Below, one piece after another: positions 50,479 to 61,100 of a DNA stretch of 64,000 bases. Within the stretch, counting starts at the first letter, position 1; each line of letters opens with the position of its first letter. The notes beneath the pieces are model-generated. The model did not search any database, was not told the DNA's origin, and saw only the letters and a program-made list of their open reading frames with translations. The position numbers and the translations under genes were made by a program. This DNA comes from an uncultured candidatus Porisulfidus sp. GTDB lineage: Bacteria > Pseudomonadota > Gammaproteobacteria > Poriferisulfidales > Poriferisulfidaceae. The stretch covers positions 1,440,001 through 1,504,000 of the forward strand of contig OZ220480.1 in assembly GCA_965116025.1 (NCBI GenBank), read 5' to 3'.

Positions 50479-51422
50479 GGGACGCCTTCTTCCCGCATGA
50501 GGCGAGAGACTTCCAGCGCGGTGCGCAACGCGCGCAGGCCATCCTCGCCCCGGACCATGGGTTCGGTCCCCTGTCGGACGCAGCGGAGAAAATGCTGGAT
50601 CTCCTCGCGCAAGGAGTCGGTTTCTTGAAAGGTCTCGCGCTCGCGCGCGACGCGTTTCGAGGGAGGGCCATCGCCCGCGCGCAGACGGTATCGATCCAGT
50701 TCTCGCGTTCGCAGGTCCAGGGCGTAGCAGGAGTGGCGCTGGAACACGCGCATCCGGCGTTCGCTGCGCTGGCTTAGGCGGCTGGCGGTGACGTTGGCGA
50801 CGCATCCACCGGGGAACTCGATCCGAGCGTTGGCGATATCCAGAGCGTCGCCGACCACGGCGGCGCCGCTGGCGCGGATCTCGCGGGGCTCCTCGCCGAC
50901 CACGGTCAGGGCCAGATCGATGTCGTGGATCATGAGATCTAGGGTGACGTCGATCTCGGAGCCGCGCGGGGTCCAAGGCGCCAAGCGGTGGATCTCGAGG
51001 AAGCGGGGGGCGTCGAGGCCCCGCATGAGGGCGCAGAAGGCCGCGTTGAACCGCTCCAGCAGTCCGACCTGGATAACGAGATCCCGCGCGCGGGCCCGCT
51101 CGATCAGATCGGTGGCCTCCTCGACCGAGGACGTGAATGGCTTCTCGATCAGCGCGTGACAGCCGGCCTCCAGGCAGTCCCGGGCGACTTCGTAGTGCTT
51201 CGCGGTGGGGACGACGACGCTGACCGCTTCCGCTTGGCCTAGAATCTCGCGGTGGTTGGCGAAGCCGGGAATCCCGAGCTCCTCGCTGACTTCCGCGCGA
51301 CGTTCGGGGTCGGGGTCCACGACTCCGATCAACTCGCTGTCGGGAAGCGCCGCGTATTTCCGCGCGTGAAACCGTCCCAGATAGCCGACCCCGATGACGG
51401 CGGTTCGAAGTGGGGGGCGCAC
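50475..51422 (-). CDS. gnnA: Gfo/Idh/MocA oxidoreductase, probable GnnA
   Basis: AVIGVGYLGRFHARKY, EKP, ERFN, DLMIHDID, ANVTASR. First gene of the operon with lpxB. Confidence 0.82.
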   Translation of the reverse strand: MRPPLRTAVIGVGYLGRFHARKYAALPDSELIGVVDPDPERRAEVSEELGIPGFANHREILGQAEAVSVVVPTAKHYEVARDCLEAGCHALIEKPFTSSVEEATDLIERARARDLVIQVGLLERFNAAFCALMRGLDAPRFLEIHRLAPWTPRGSEIDVTLDLMIHDIDLALTVVGEEPREIRASGAAVVGDALDIANARIEFPGGCVANVTASRLSQRSERRMRVFQRHSCYALDLRTRELDRYRLRAGDGPPSKRVARERETFQETDSLREEIQHFLRCVRQGTEPMVRGEDGLRALRTALEVSRLMREEGVP

Positions 51423-51461
51423 GGGTATGGGAAAGCTCGGGTAGCGCGGAATCGCCCCGAA

Positions 51462-51512
51462 ATTATAGCCCCCGCCCACTTCGCGCGCCCCGAATCCCGG
51501 CTTCGGTACAAT
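51462..51512. promoter_or_regulatory. Divergent -10 boxes for gnnA (minus) and rnhB (plus)
   Basis: TATAAT on the minus strand at 51462-51467 and TACAAT on the plus strand at 51507-51512, in otherwise GC-rich DNA. Confidence 0.5.
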
Positions 51513-51561
51513 GCCCCTCACGCCCCGAGTCTTGATGTTCGCTCCCTTTCCGACCCCGCCG

Positions 51562-52176
51562 ATGTCCGCCGCCCTGGAACGCCTGCCGGCCCTGTTGGAT
51601 CTCGACGGCGTCGCGGGGGTGGACGAGGCTGGGCGCGGCGCGCTGGCGGGCCCGGTGGCCGCGGCCGCGGTGGTGCTGCCGCGGGGGTGCCGCATTGAGG
51701 GACTGACCGATTCCAAGAAGCTGACTCCGGCGCGGCGGGCGCGGCTGGCGACGCGGATCCGGGCCTGCGCCTGGGGCTACGCGGTGGCGTTCGTGTCGGC
51801 GCGCGAGATTGATCGGATCAACATCCTGCAGGCGAGTCTGCGCGCGATGGCGGAAGCGGTGTCGCGGTTGCCGGCCGGGGTCGCGCATGTGCTGGTGGAT
51901 GGCCCGAGCTGTCCGGAGTTGCCGTATCCGGCGACGGCGGTGATCGGCGGCGACGCCAAGGTGGGGAGCATCAGCGCGGCCTCGGTGCTCGCCAAGGAGG
52001 CGCGCGACGCCTGGATGCGCCACTGCGACGCGCGGGAGCCCCGCTACCGTTTCGCGCGACACAAGGGCTATCCGTCGGCGGAACACCTGCGGGCGCTGGC
52101 CGAGCACGGGCCCGGGCGGCAGCACCGCCGGACGTACGCTCCGGTGCGCGCGGCTCTCGCGGAAGGCGCGGCATGA
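51562..52176 (+). CDS. rnhB: Ribonuclease HII
   Basis: AGVDEAGRG.LAGPV, DSKKL, ISAASVLAK, HKGY. Start uncertain. Confidence 0.96.
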   Translation: MSAALERLPALLDLDGVAGVDEAGRGALAGPVAAAAVVLPRGCRIEGLTDSKKLTPARRARLATRIRACAWGYAVAFVSAREIDRINILQASLRAMAEAVSRLPAGVAHVLVDGPSCPELPYPATAVIGGDAKVGSISAASVLAKEARDAWMRHCDAREPRYRFARHKGYPSAEHLRALAEHGPGRQHRRTYAPVRAALAEGAA

Positions 52177-55100
52177 GTTTCGTCCATCTGCACCTGCATA
52201 CCGAGTACTCTCTGGACGACGGTCTGGTGCGGATCGAACCGCTCATGAAGCGGGTGGCGGAGCTGGGCATGCCGGCGGTCGCCCTGACCGACCGCGACAA
52301 TCTGTTCGCCGCGGTGAAGTTCTATCGCGCCGCGTTGCGGTTCGGAATCAAGCCCATCTTGGGCGCGGAGATCGACCTGGAGGTGCCGGGGACGCGCGGC
52401 CGCGGCGGGCGAGTGACGTTGCTGTGCCGAGACGGCGAGGGCTACCGGAATCTCTGCCGGCTGCTGAGCGACCGTTACCGGCGTGGACAGAGCCGGATCC
52501 CGCGCCAGGACTTGGCGGGTCGCGCCGAAGGCCTGATCGCCCTCTCCGGCGGCGTGGCCGGAGACCTCGGGCAGGCCATGCTCGCTGAGAACCGTCAGGC
52601 CGCGCGCGTGGCTCTGGAGTATTGGAAGCGCTATTTTCCGGACCGGTTCTACTTGGAGGTTACCCGGACGGACCGGGAGCACGAGGAGGATTTTCTGCAG
52701 TTCGCGCTGGAGTGCGCGCGCGAGCGCGGGCTGCCCGTGGTCGCGACCAACGACGTTCGGTTTCTGTCGGCCGACGAATTCGAGGCGCACGAGGCGCGCG
52801 TGTGCATCCGCAGTCAGAAGCGCGTCAACGATCCGAAGCGCGCGCGCGAGTACAGCAAGGAGCAGTATCTGCGCCCGGAGAGCGAGATGCGGGAGGCCTT
52901 CCAGGATTACCCGGACGCCCTGATCGAGAACGCCGAACAGATCGCCTTGCGTTGCAATTGCCAGCTGGACTTGGGCCGGACGTTGCTGCCCGCCTACCCG
53001 ACCCCGGAAGGGGAGTCCATGGACGATTATTTGGATCGGCAAGCGAGCGAGGGACTGGCGCGGCGCTTGGAGAGCCTCGCGCGGAGCGGGCGGATGGCGG
53101 GAGAGGAGGAGGCGTATCGAGAGCGGTTGGAGCGCGAGCTTGGAGTGATCCACGAGACCGGGTTCAGCGGCTACTTCGTGATCGTGGCGGATTTCGTGCG
53201 CTGGGCGCGCGACAACGATATTCCGGTCGGTCCCGGACGCGGCTCCGGCGCGGGCTCGCTGGTGGCCTACGCCCTCGAGATCACGGGCCTCGATCCGTTG
53301 CGCTATGGATTGCTGTTCGAGCGCTTCCTGAATCCGGACCGCGTCAGCATGCCAGACTTCGACATCGATTTCTGCAACCAGAACCGGGACCGGGTGATTG
53401 AGTACGTGCGCAAGCGTTACGGCGAGGACAGCGTCGCGCAGATCATCACCTATGGCACGATGGCGGCCAAGGCGGCGATTCGCGATGTCGGGCGCGCGCT
53501 CGGGGCGCCCTACAGTTACTGCGATCGCATCGCGCGCGCGGTGCCGAACGAGCTGGGCATCACCTTGGAGCGAGCCTATCGCGAATCGCCGGAGTTCCGG
53601 GAGTTGGTCAGCCATCCGGAAGACGCGACCGGCTCGCATCTGTACGAGGTGGCGTTGCGATTGGAAGGGGTGGCGCGCAACGCCTCGCGGCATGCCGCCG
53701 GGGTGGTGATCGCGCCAGGCGCTTTGACCGACTTCACGCCGCTGTACTTCGAGGCCCGGCACCCCGATGTGGCGATCACCCAGTTCGACATGAAGGACGT
53801 GGAGGCGATCGGCCTCACCAAGTTCGACTTCCTCGGCCTGCGCACGGTGACGTTGCTGCACCGATGCCTCGGCACGGTCAACGCGCGCCGGGAGGCGCGC
53901 GGAGATGCCTTACTGGATCTGGAGACGCTGCCGTTGGACGACCCGGAGACCTACGCGTTGTTGCAGCGGGCGCGCACCACGGAGGTGTTTCAGCTGGAGT
54001 CGGAGGGGATGCGCGACCTGCTGACGCGCATGAAGCCGGACCGCTTCGACGATCTTGTGGCGCTGGTGGCGCTGTATCGCCCGGGGCCGCTCAACTCGAA
54101 GATGGACGTCGAATACATCAAGCGCAAGCGCGATCCGGGCTCGATCCGCTATCTGCATCCGGATATGGAGCCGATTCTGGCGCCGACCTTCGGGGTGATT
54201 CTGTACCAGGAGCAGGTGATGCAGCTGGCTCGCGACCTGGCGGGCTATTCGCTTGGCGAGACTGACCTGCTGCGCCGCGCGATGGGCAAGAAAAAGCCGG
54301 AGGAGATGGCGCAGCATGCCGAGCGCTTCCAGAAGGGGGCGGTGGAGCATGGTCTGGAGCCGGCCGAGGCGAGGAAGATCTTCGATCTGATGAAAGAGTT
54401 CGCGGAATACGGGTTCAACAAGTCTCACTCGGTGGCGTACGCGTTGCTGGCGTACCAGACCGCTTGGTTCAAGACGCATTACCCGGACGCGTTCATGGCG
54501 GCGGCGATGTCCAGCGAGATCGATTCCACCGACAAGTTGGCGTTGCTGTGTCGAGAGGCGCGTTCGCTCGGGCTGGATCTGACGGGACCGGACGTCAACG
54601 AGTCCGATCACTATTTCACGGTCCCGGAGGAAGGGAAGATCCGCTATGGCCTAGGCGCTATCAAGGGGGTCGGGCAAGGGCTGGTGGCTCGTCTCGTGAA
54701 GGAGCGCGGGGCGAAGCCGTTCGATAGCTTGGAGAGTCTGTGCGACCGCCTGGACGCCCGGGATTACAGCGAGCGGGACCTGCGCGCGCTGATCCACGCT
54801 GGAGCGCTGGATGACCTTGGCGCGAGTCGGCGGGCGATGGCGAGGACGGCTGGGCGGATCAAGGAGCAGGCGCAGCGAGACCAGACTGACCGTGACGTGG
54901 GGCAGAACTCTCTGTTCGCGCGGGAGGCGCCGGAGTTTCGCGCGAAGGAGCGGGACGAGCGGGAGTACGAGTCCGCGGAGCGGTTGGCGTGCGAGTTCGA
55001 GTCCTTGGGTTTCTATTTTAGCGGACACCCGTTCGAGGAGTACCGCGCCCACGTTCGGCGAATGGGGGCGCGGTCCTTGGCGCGGGTGCGGAAGGACGTT

Positions 55101-55640
55101 GAGAAGGCGACCCAGTCCGAGCGCGGGCGAGCGTGGAAGACGCGCGCCGCCGGCGTGGTGATGAGGATTTCCTACCCGAAGAAAGGGGATGTCGCGTTCG
55201 TCGAGATCGAGGACGACGAGGACCGGATGGAGGTGGTCGCGCCGGAACCGGAGCGGGCCCGAGCGTTCCAGGTTGGAGACTTGATGCTGGTGGACGGCGA
55301 GGTGCGAACGCGGCCTCGGGCGGAGCGCTCCGAGAAGCCGAGGATCCGGGCGCGGTCGCTCTATACCCTGGAGGAGATGCGCCGGCGAATGGCGGAGCGG
55401 GTGGAGGTCGTGCTCAACGGCGACAGCGATCCGGACACGGTGCGCGCTATCCGGCAGGTGCTGGCCGACCATCGCGGCCGTTGCGAGGTGAGCGTCGCGC
55501 ACATGGGGAGAAATGGCCGTAGTCGCTGGGCTCTGGACGAGGCGTGGAAGATTTCCGCGGGCGATGACGCCCTGCGGGCCTTGCGGGATCTGCCTGGCGT
55601 GGAGTCGGCGAATGTCCTATACTCGCGGGCCGATTTCTGA
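52173..55640 (+). CDS. dnaE: DNA polymerase III alpha subunit
   Basis: [17 protein letters not shown] domain, [25 protein letters not shown], clamp-binding-like QNSLF. Confidence 0.97.
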   Translation: MSFVHLHLHTEYSLDDGLVRIEPLMKRVAELGMPAVALTDRDNLFAAVKFYRAALRFGIKPILGAEIDLEVPGTRGRGGRVTLLCRDGEGYRNLCRLLSDRYRRGQSRIPRQDLAGRAEGLIALSGGVAGDLGQAMLAENRQAARVALEYWKRYFPDRFYLEVTRTDREHEEDFLQFALECARERGLPVVATNDVRFLSADEFEAHEARVCIRSQKRVNDPKRAREYSKEQYLRPESEMREAFQDYPDALIENAEQIALRCNCQLDLGRTLLPAYPTPEGESMDDYLDRQASEGLARRLESLARSGRMAGEEEAYRERLERELGVIHETGFSGYFVIVADFVRWARDNDIPVGPGRGSGAGSLVAYALEITGLDPLRYGLLFERFLNPDRVSMPDFDIDFCNQNRDRVIEYVRKRYGEDSVAQIITYGTMAAKAAIRDVGRALGAPYSYCDRIARAVPNELGITLERAYRESPEFRELVSHPEDATGSHLYEVALRLEGVARNASRHAAGVVIAPGALTDFTPLYFEARHPDVAITQFDMKDVEAIGLTKFDFLGLRTVTLLHRCLGTVNARREARGDALLDLETLPLDDPETYALLQRARTTEVFQLESEGMRDLLTRMKPDRFDDLVALVALYRPGPLNSKMDVEYIKRKRDPGSIRYLHPDMEPILAPTFGVILYQEQVMQLARDLAGYSLGETDLLRRAMGKKKPEEMAQHAERFQKGAVEHGLEPAEARKIFDLMKEFAEYGFNKSHSVAYALLAYQTAWFKTHYPDAFMAAAMSSEIDSTDKLALLCREARSLGLDLTGPDVNESDHYFTVPEEGKIRYGLGAIKGVGQGLVARLVKERGAKPFDSLESLCDRLDARDYSERDLRALIHAGALDDLGASRRAMARTAGRIKEQAQRDQTDRDVGQNSLFAREAPEFRAKERDEREYESAERLACEFESLGFYFSGHPFEEYRAHVRRMGARSLARVRKDVEKATQSERGRAWKTRAAGVVMRISYPKKGDVAFVEIEDDEDRMEVVAPEPERARAFQVGDLMLVDGEVRTRPRAERSEKPRIRARSLYTLEEMRRRMAERVEVVLNGDSDPDTVRAIRQVLADHRGRCEVSVAHMGRNGRSRWALDEAWKISAGDDALRALRDLPGVESANVLYSRADF

Positions 55641-55657
55641 GGCTCGTTCCCATCGCC

Positions 55658-56614
55658 ATGAATCCAGATTTTCTTGACTTCGAGCAGCCGATCGCGGAAT
55701 TGGACGCGAAGATTCGGGAGTTGCGCCACATGGGGGCGGAGAGCGACTTGGATCTGGATGCGGAGGTCGAGCGTCTCCAAGGACGCCGGAGGGCGTTGAT
55801 CGAGGATATCTTCTCCGGCCTTTCAGCTTGGCAAATCACGCAACTGGCCCGCCACCCGAAGCGTCCTTATACGCGCGACTACCTGCCGCGCCTGTTCGGC
55901 GAATTTCACGAGTTGCACGGCGATCAGGCGTACGCGGACGACCAGGCCATCCTGGCGGGCATGGCGCGTCTGGAGGGTATGCCGGTGATGGTGATCGGGC
56001 ACCAGAAAGGACGCGACACGAAGGAGAAGCTGGAGTGCAATTTCGGCATGCCGCGCCCGGAGGGCTATCGCAAGGCGCGGCGCCTGATGCGGTTGGCCGA
56101 GCGATTCTGGATGCCGGTGATCACGCTGATCGACACTCCCGGCGCCTATCCGGGCATTGGCGCCGAGGAGCGCGGGCAGAGTGAGGCGATCGCGCGCAAT
56201 CTGGAGGTCATGGCCGAGCTACGTGTCCCTATAGTGAGCGTCGTGATTGGCGAGGGGGGATCTGGAGGCGCGCTGGCGGTCGGGGTGTGCGACCATCTGA
56301 TGATGCTACGGTACAGCGTCTATTCGGTGATTTCCCCGGAAGGCTGCTCGTCCATTCTTTGGAAGAGCGCCGACAACGCGCGGGAGGCCGCCGAGGCGAT
56401 GGGTCTGACCTCGCGGCGCCTGCGGGAACTGGGTTTGATCGATGAGATCGTGGAGGAGCCGCCGGGCGGGGCGCACCGGGATTTGGACGCGATGGCCGTT
56501 ACTTTGAAGCGCGCCTTGCTGGGCATTCTGGAGGAACTCGAGGCGATGGATCCGGGGGCGCTGGTCGATCGCCGCGAGGAACGGTTGCTGAAAGTCGGGG
56601 TGTGCCAGGAATGA
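55658..56614 (+). CDS. accA: Acetyl-CoA carboxylase carboxyltransferase alpha
   Basis: [36 protein letters not shown]. Confidence 0.98.
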   Translation: MNPDFLDFEQPIAELDAKIRELRHMGAESDLDLDAEVERLQGRRRALIEDIFSGLSAWQITQLARHPKRPYTRDYLPRLFGEFHELHGDQAYADDQAILAGMARLEGMPVMVIGHQKGRDTKEKLECNFGMPRPEGYRKARRLMRLAERFWMPVITLIDTPGAYPGIGAEERGQSEAIARNLEVMAELRVPIVSVVIGEGGSGGALAVGVCDHLMMLRYSVYSVISPEGCSSILWKSADNAREAAEAMGLTSRRLRELGLIDEIVEEPPGGAHRDLDAMAVTLKRALLGILEELEAMDPGALVDRREERLLKVGVCQE

Positions 56615-57873
56615 GCTCGTCTCTCCACGAGGTCTCGGGGGCGCTGGGCATCCTTCCGAGGATTTGTCCCGAGGCGCGCGTCTGGGTCGTCGCGTACAGT
56701 GGGGGCATCGATTCCACCGCGTTGCTGCACGCCATGCGAGCGTTCGCCGCGAGGCGCGGCCATGAGCTGCGGGCGGCGCACGTCGACCACGCGTTGCAAC
56801 CAGCGGCGCGGGAATTCGCGCGGCATTGCGCGAGAGTCTGTCGCGAATGGGGGATTCCGCTGGAATTGACGCGCCGAGAGGGAGCGGTGGAGCCCGGACG
56901 AGGGATGGAGGCGCGGGCGCGCGAGATTCGCTATCAGGCGTTACGACGGAGCTCCGGCCCCGGGACGGCGGTCCTGCTGGCGCACAACCGGGACGATCAA
57001 GCGGAGACCTTGCTACTGCAGCTGTTGCGCGGCGCGGGCGTGGCCGGGACGGCCGCGATGCCATCGTGCCGGGACTGGGGCGAGGGAAAGCTCGCGCGCC
57101 CGTTGCTGGACGTTCCGCGCTCGGTGATCGAGGCCTACGCGCGAGCGCATCGGCTGGACTTCGTGGAAGATCCGAGCAACCTTGATCTGGATATCGACCG
57201 CAACTTCTTGCGTCACGAAGCGTTGCCGTTGCTGGAGAGGCGCTGGCCCGCGACCCGACGCGCCTTGGCGCGCTCGGCCCGACATCACGGACATGCGACG
57301 CGCTTGTTGCGCGAGCGCGCCGAGGAAGATTTGGGGGATGAAGACGTGATCTCGATGGAGTCCCTGACCGCGCTTTCCCGCGACCGACAGGCCAATCTGG
57401 TGCGTTTCTGGCTTGAGCGAAAAGGGGTCGCGGCGCCGAGCGAGAAGTGCCTCGATCAGTGGCTAGACACCGCGCACGCCGCGGGCGTGGACCGGGTGCC
57501 TGAGGCGGATTTCGGAGACTACCGGATGTACCGTTGGCGTGGATATCTGCATTTGGCTCCACGATGGCCGGATCCGCCTAGGGACGCGCGCTGGCGCTGG
57601 CGCCGGGGAGAGGCTCTAGCGTTGCCGGAGTTAGGCATGAAATTGCACTGGGAGTCGTTGCGGAAGCAACTAGGGGAAGAGATCTGCACGGATCTGGAGG
57701 TGCGCCTTCGCGCGGGCGGAGAGCGTTGTCGACCGGAAGGCCGACGGCGGCGCGCGCTCAAGAAATTGTTGCAGGAAGCGGGCGTTCCACCTTGGCGGCG
57801 CGGCCGAATTCCACTAGTCTATCAACGCGCGAGTCTCCGGCTGGTCTGGGGGCATTTCGCGTGTCGACCGTAG
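56611..57873 (+). CDS. tilS: tRNA(Ile)-lysidine synthetase
   Basis: PP-loop [35 protein letters not shown]. Confidence 0.95.
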   Translation: MSSSLHEVSGALGILPRICPEARVWVVAYSGGIDSTALLHAMRAFAARRGHELRAAHVDHALQPAAREFARHCARVCREWGIPLELTRREGAVEPGRGMEARAREIRYQALRRSSGPGTAVLLAHNRDDQAETLLLQLLRGAGVAGTAAMPSCRDWGEGKLARPLLDVPRSVIEAYARAHRLDFVEDPSNLDLDIDRNFLRHEALPLLERRWPATRRALARSARHHGHATRLLRERAEEDLGDEDVISMESLTALSRDRQANLVRFWLERKGVAAPSEKCLDQWLDTAHAAGVDRVPEADFGDYRMYRWRGYLHLAPRWPDPPRDARWRWRRGEALALPELGMKLHWESLRKQLGEEICTDLEVRLRAGGERCRPEGRRRRALKKLLQEAGVPPWRRGRIPLVYQRASLRLVWGHFACRP

Positions 57874-58191
57874 CCGCTCCAGACTCCTACTTGGTGGAAA
57901 TGCCGCGCTGCCGGGATCAGGCCCAGCCAGCACCATCAGTCTCCATCGAATAGATGCGGCCCGGCACTCAAAATCGAGAATCCGAAGATAATCTGGATGA
58001 CGCGCTCGATTTCATGGATATTGGCTTTTCTTATTAACGGAGAATCCTCCTTACAACGAGGAGATTTGCCACCCGTCGCGTGGTTTGGTTCTCCGGTATG
58101 CTTTTCCACGCGCCAGAAGGCTTCGTCGCGATATCCGCCCAGTGTACAATATGAAGCCGTTCGAGACTGATCCTTGAAGCAGAGACAAATA

Positions 58192-61100
58192 ATGACTAAG
58201 AATCCGTATTCGCCAATTTACGAGATCCGCGCCGCGCTTCGCTTCGCGTCGTCGTCCTCCCGCATAGGGGGGGGGGGGGGGGGGGGGCATAGCCTCCGTT
58301 TCCTGACCGTTCTGGCCGGATTCACGGCCGTTCTGTCCATTTCCTTGAATCCTCACTCCGCCGTGGCGGGGACCACGGGAGATTGCGGCGACCCCAGCGA
58401 CGACGCGGTCACCTGCAGCGACGCGAGCTACACCAACGACGACGGCTCCCCGATCAAGTATGAGAATGAGAACGGGGGGCTGACCTTGACCGTGAAGCCT
58501 TCCGGGGCGGGCACGGTCACCATCACCGCCTCGAAGCTTCCTGCCAACGCGCGCGAGGAATTCCCGGGGATCCACCTGGACGGACACGGAACCCTGAAAG
58601 TCGTTCTGGATGGTTCCGTGAAAGTCGTGAACGGAGTGACCCGAACGACGGTGGAGGCCACGTACGAGGGAAAGACGGAGACGTTCATCCATCCGGATCA
58701 CAAGCTGGGCTCCCAGAACGACGGGGTGTACGTGGCGTACGACAAGGACTCCGACCGGGGGACGACGGAGGGCATGGTGGAGGTGATGGTGGGGAAGGAC
58801 GCGATGATCGGGAGCGCGACGGCGCCGGCGGGACGGTTCGGGGTTCACGCGGCTTTTGTGGACGCGGACGGCGACAAAAGGTATCCAGCCGGGAAGATCA
58901 AGGTGACGAGCGCGGGGGAGATATACGGCCATTACGCGGGGATTTACGCGAAGCACGACGGGGCGGGCGATATTGAGATCGAGACGTTGCAGGGGAGCGT
59001 GACGTCGATGGGGATCCAAGCGGTCTCGAACAAGGCCAACAGGAACAATCGGGGCGGAGACGTCACCATTCGTCATCGCGGCCGGATCGTGGTGAAGAAT
59101 CCGGTTCGGTACGCGGACAGGATAACGACGGTGGCCACGCCGTTGAGCGCGGATTTGGCCGATAGCGAAATTCGGAACAAAGCCGGGATCTACGTTCGGC
59201 ATTGGGACAAGGCCACGGGCACGGCCGCGAGCCCAAGCAGCTCGATCCTGGTCGAGTCGAGCGGCGACATCGTCGCCCATCCGTTCGATGACACAGTGAA
59301 CAGAAGGGCTATTTACATCGACGTGGAAGGGGGCGCCAATTCCTTCGTTCCGGTCACGGTCAATGTGACGGGGGGAACGATGACGGCGGCCGACGAGAAT
59401 GGAAAAGGAGGAGATGGCATTATCGTTTACTACCTTAACCATATCGGTGGTCTCATCAAGGTGGACTTCGCGGGCGAGATCGCTCGGACGGGGAGCGGGG
59501 GGGATGGAATCTATATTTATCGGGGCACCGACTATGATGATTCCAGCACCGCCCATAATCGGGACGCCGAGGTGACGCTGAAGTCCGGGGCGCGGATCGG
59601 GATGGAGGGGGACGAGCCGACCGTGGGCCGGCATGGAGTGCTGGTCCAGCAGCAAATCCACGGGGCAGCGACCCGGGTGGCCGTCGAGTCCGGCGCGATG
59701 ATCGGAACCATGGGGACTCCGGTCGGTGGGCACGGGGTGCTCGTCGAGACCTTAGACGATGAAGACGATAACGACGTCATGGTCACCAACGAAGGCTTCA
59801 TCCACGCGAAGGGCTCGGGAGTGGTCGCTGTGCCCCTCGGCCGGAGCGACGTGGTCGTGAAGCACCTGAAGGGCGAGATCATCGCGGGCGACGCGCTTGA
59901 TATCTTCGATTCGCTAGTGGAGAGCAACCAAGTGAAACTGGCGGATCTGAAGTCTCGGACCGCTGGCATCCTCGTCGCCCATGGGGGCGCGGAGGCCCGG
60001 GCGCTTCCCGGCAAGGAACTTGATGAGAGCGATCCTTCCACCTACACCGCCGAGGTCGGGAAGGTCGAGATCACGTCGAAAGCGGACGTCACGTCGAAGG
60101 GGGACGGGATTCTCGCCTACGTGAAAGACCTGGATGGTCCAGGCGTCGCTACGATCATTCCGATCACGATCGACGCGTCGGGCGGGACGATCACGGCGGA
60201 CGGGCATGGCGTGTACGCGGAGACCGCCACCGTCTACGACGATCCCACGGAAGTCGGGGATCCCACGACAGCCGGGAGGATCGAGGTCACGGTGGGGGAG
60301 ATGGCGACGATCCGTGCCAAGAAGGACGGCGTTCACGTCAAGGGCATGCGGACCTTCGCGTCCGACCACGCCCGGAAGGGGCAATACGACCAGACGGTCA
60401 CGATCAACGGCAAGGTCATGGGAGGCGATGGAGACCACGCCGGCGTTCGGATGGTGAAGGGCGGGACGCTGGTGATCGGGAGCGGCGGACCGGAGGCGCG
60501 GCTCGGGGCGGCCTCGGGCGTGGCGGTCCACGCGGACGGGGCTCTGACCATCACGATGAGCAAGACCGCCGACGGGCGCATCGGCTGGGTCGTGGGGAAG
60601 ATCCAGAACGGCGACAGCGCCGACACGACCTTCGCGGGCGTGGAAGTGGGGAAGACGTACCTGCTTCAGGATTGGGAGGAGACGAAGGGGATATACGACA
60701 CGACGATCGAGCGGAAGGTGACCTTGAGGGAATACGCGGACGAGGACTATCACGAGTTCGAGCTGGTCTCGCAGGAGGAGATCGTTCGGGAGTACCATGA
60801 TCGGGCTCGGGTGTACGAGGCGCTGCCGTCGGTGCTGCTGGAGATGAGCGCGCCAGGCGGTCGCCAGGCGCGCTTGTCGGCGACGCGGGACGGCGGGGGC
60901 GCGTGGGCGCGGGTTTTGGCGAGCGATGGCGAGCGTGAGGCGGAGACGTCGACGACGGCGATGGACACGGCCGGGCATGATCTGTCCTGGGACTTCGAGC
61001 GCTGGGGCGTGGAGACGGGCTTGGTCGTTCCCACGGACCTGCCGGGCGTGACGCTGGGCGTGAGCGCGCATTACCGCGACGGCGAGGCGGACGTCGCGCG

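Noticed and set aside
48219-51560. Actively invertible (recombinase-driven) gnnAB-lpxB segment
   Set aside because: No convincing inverted repeats at the two junctions and no site-specific recombinase in the window.
42979-55502. Large overlapping or antisense ORFs over bamA, lpxD and dnaE (for example 42979-44712 and 52068-53861)
   Set aside because: Arg/Pro/Ala-rich translations with no recognisable motifs, fully overlapping clear housekeeping genes.
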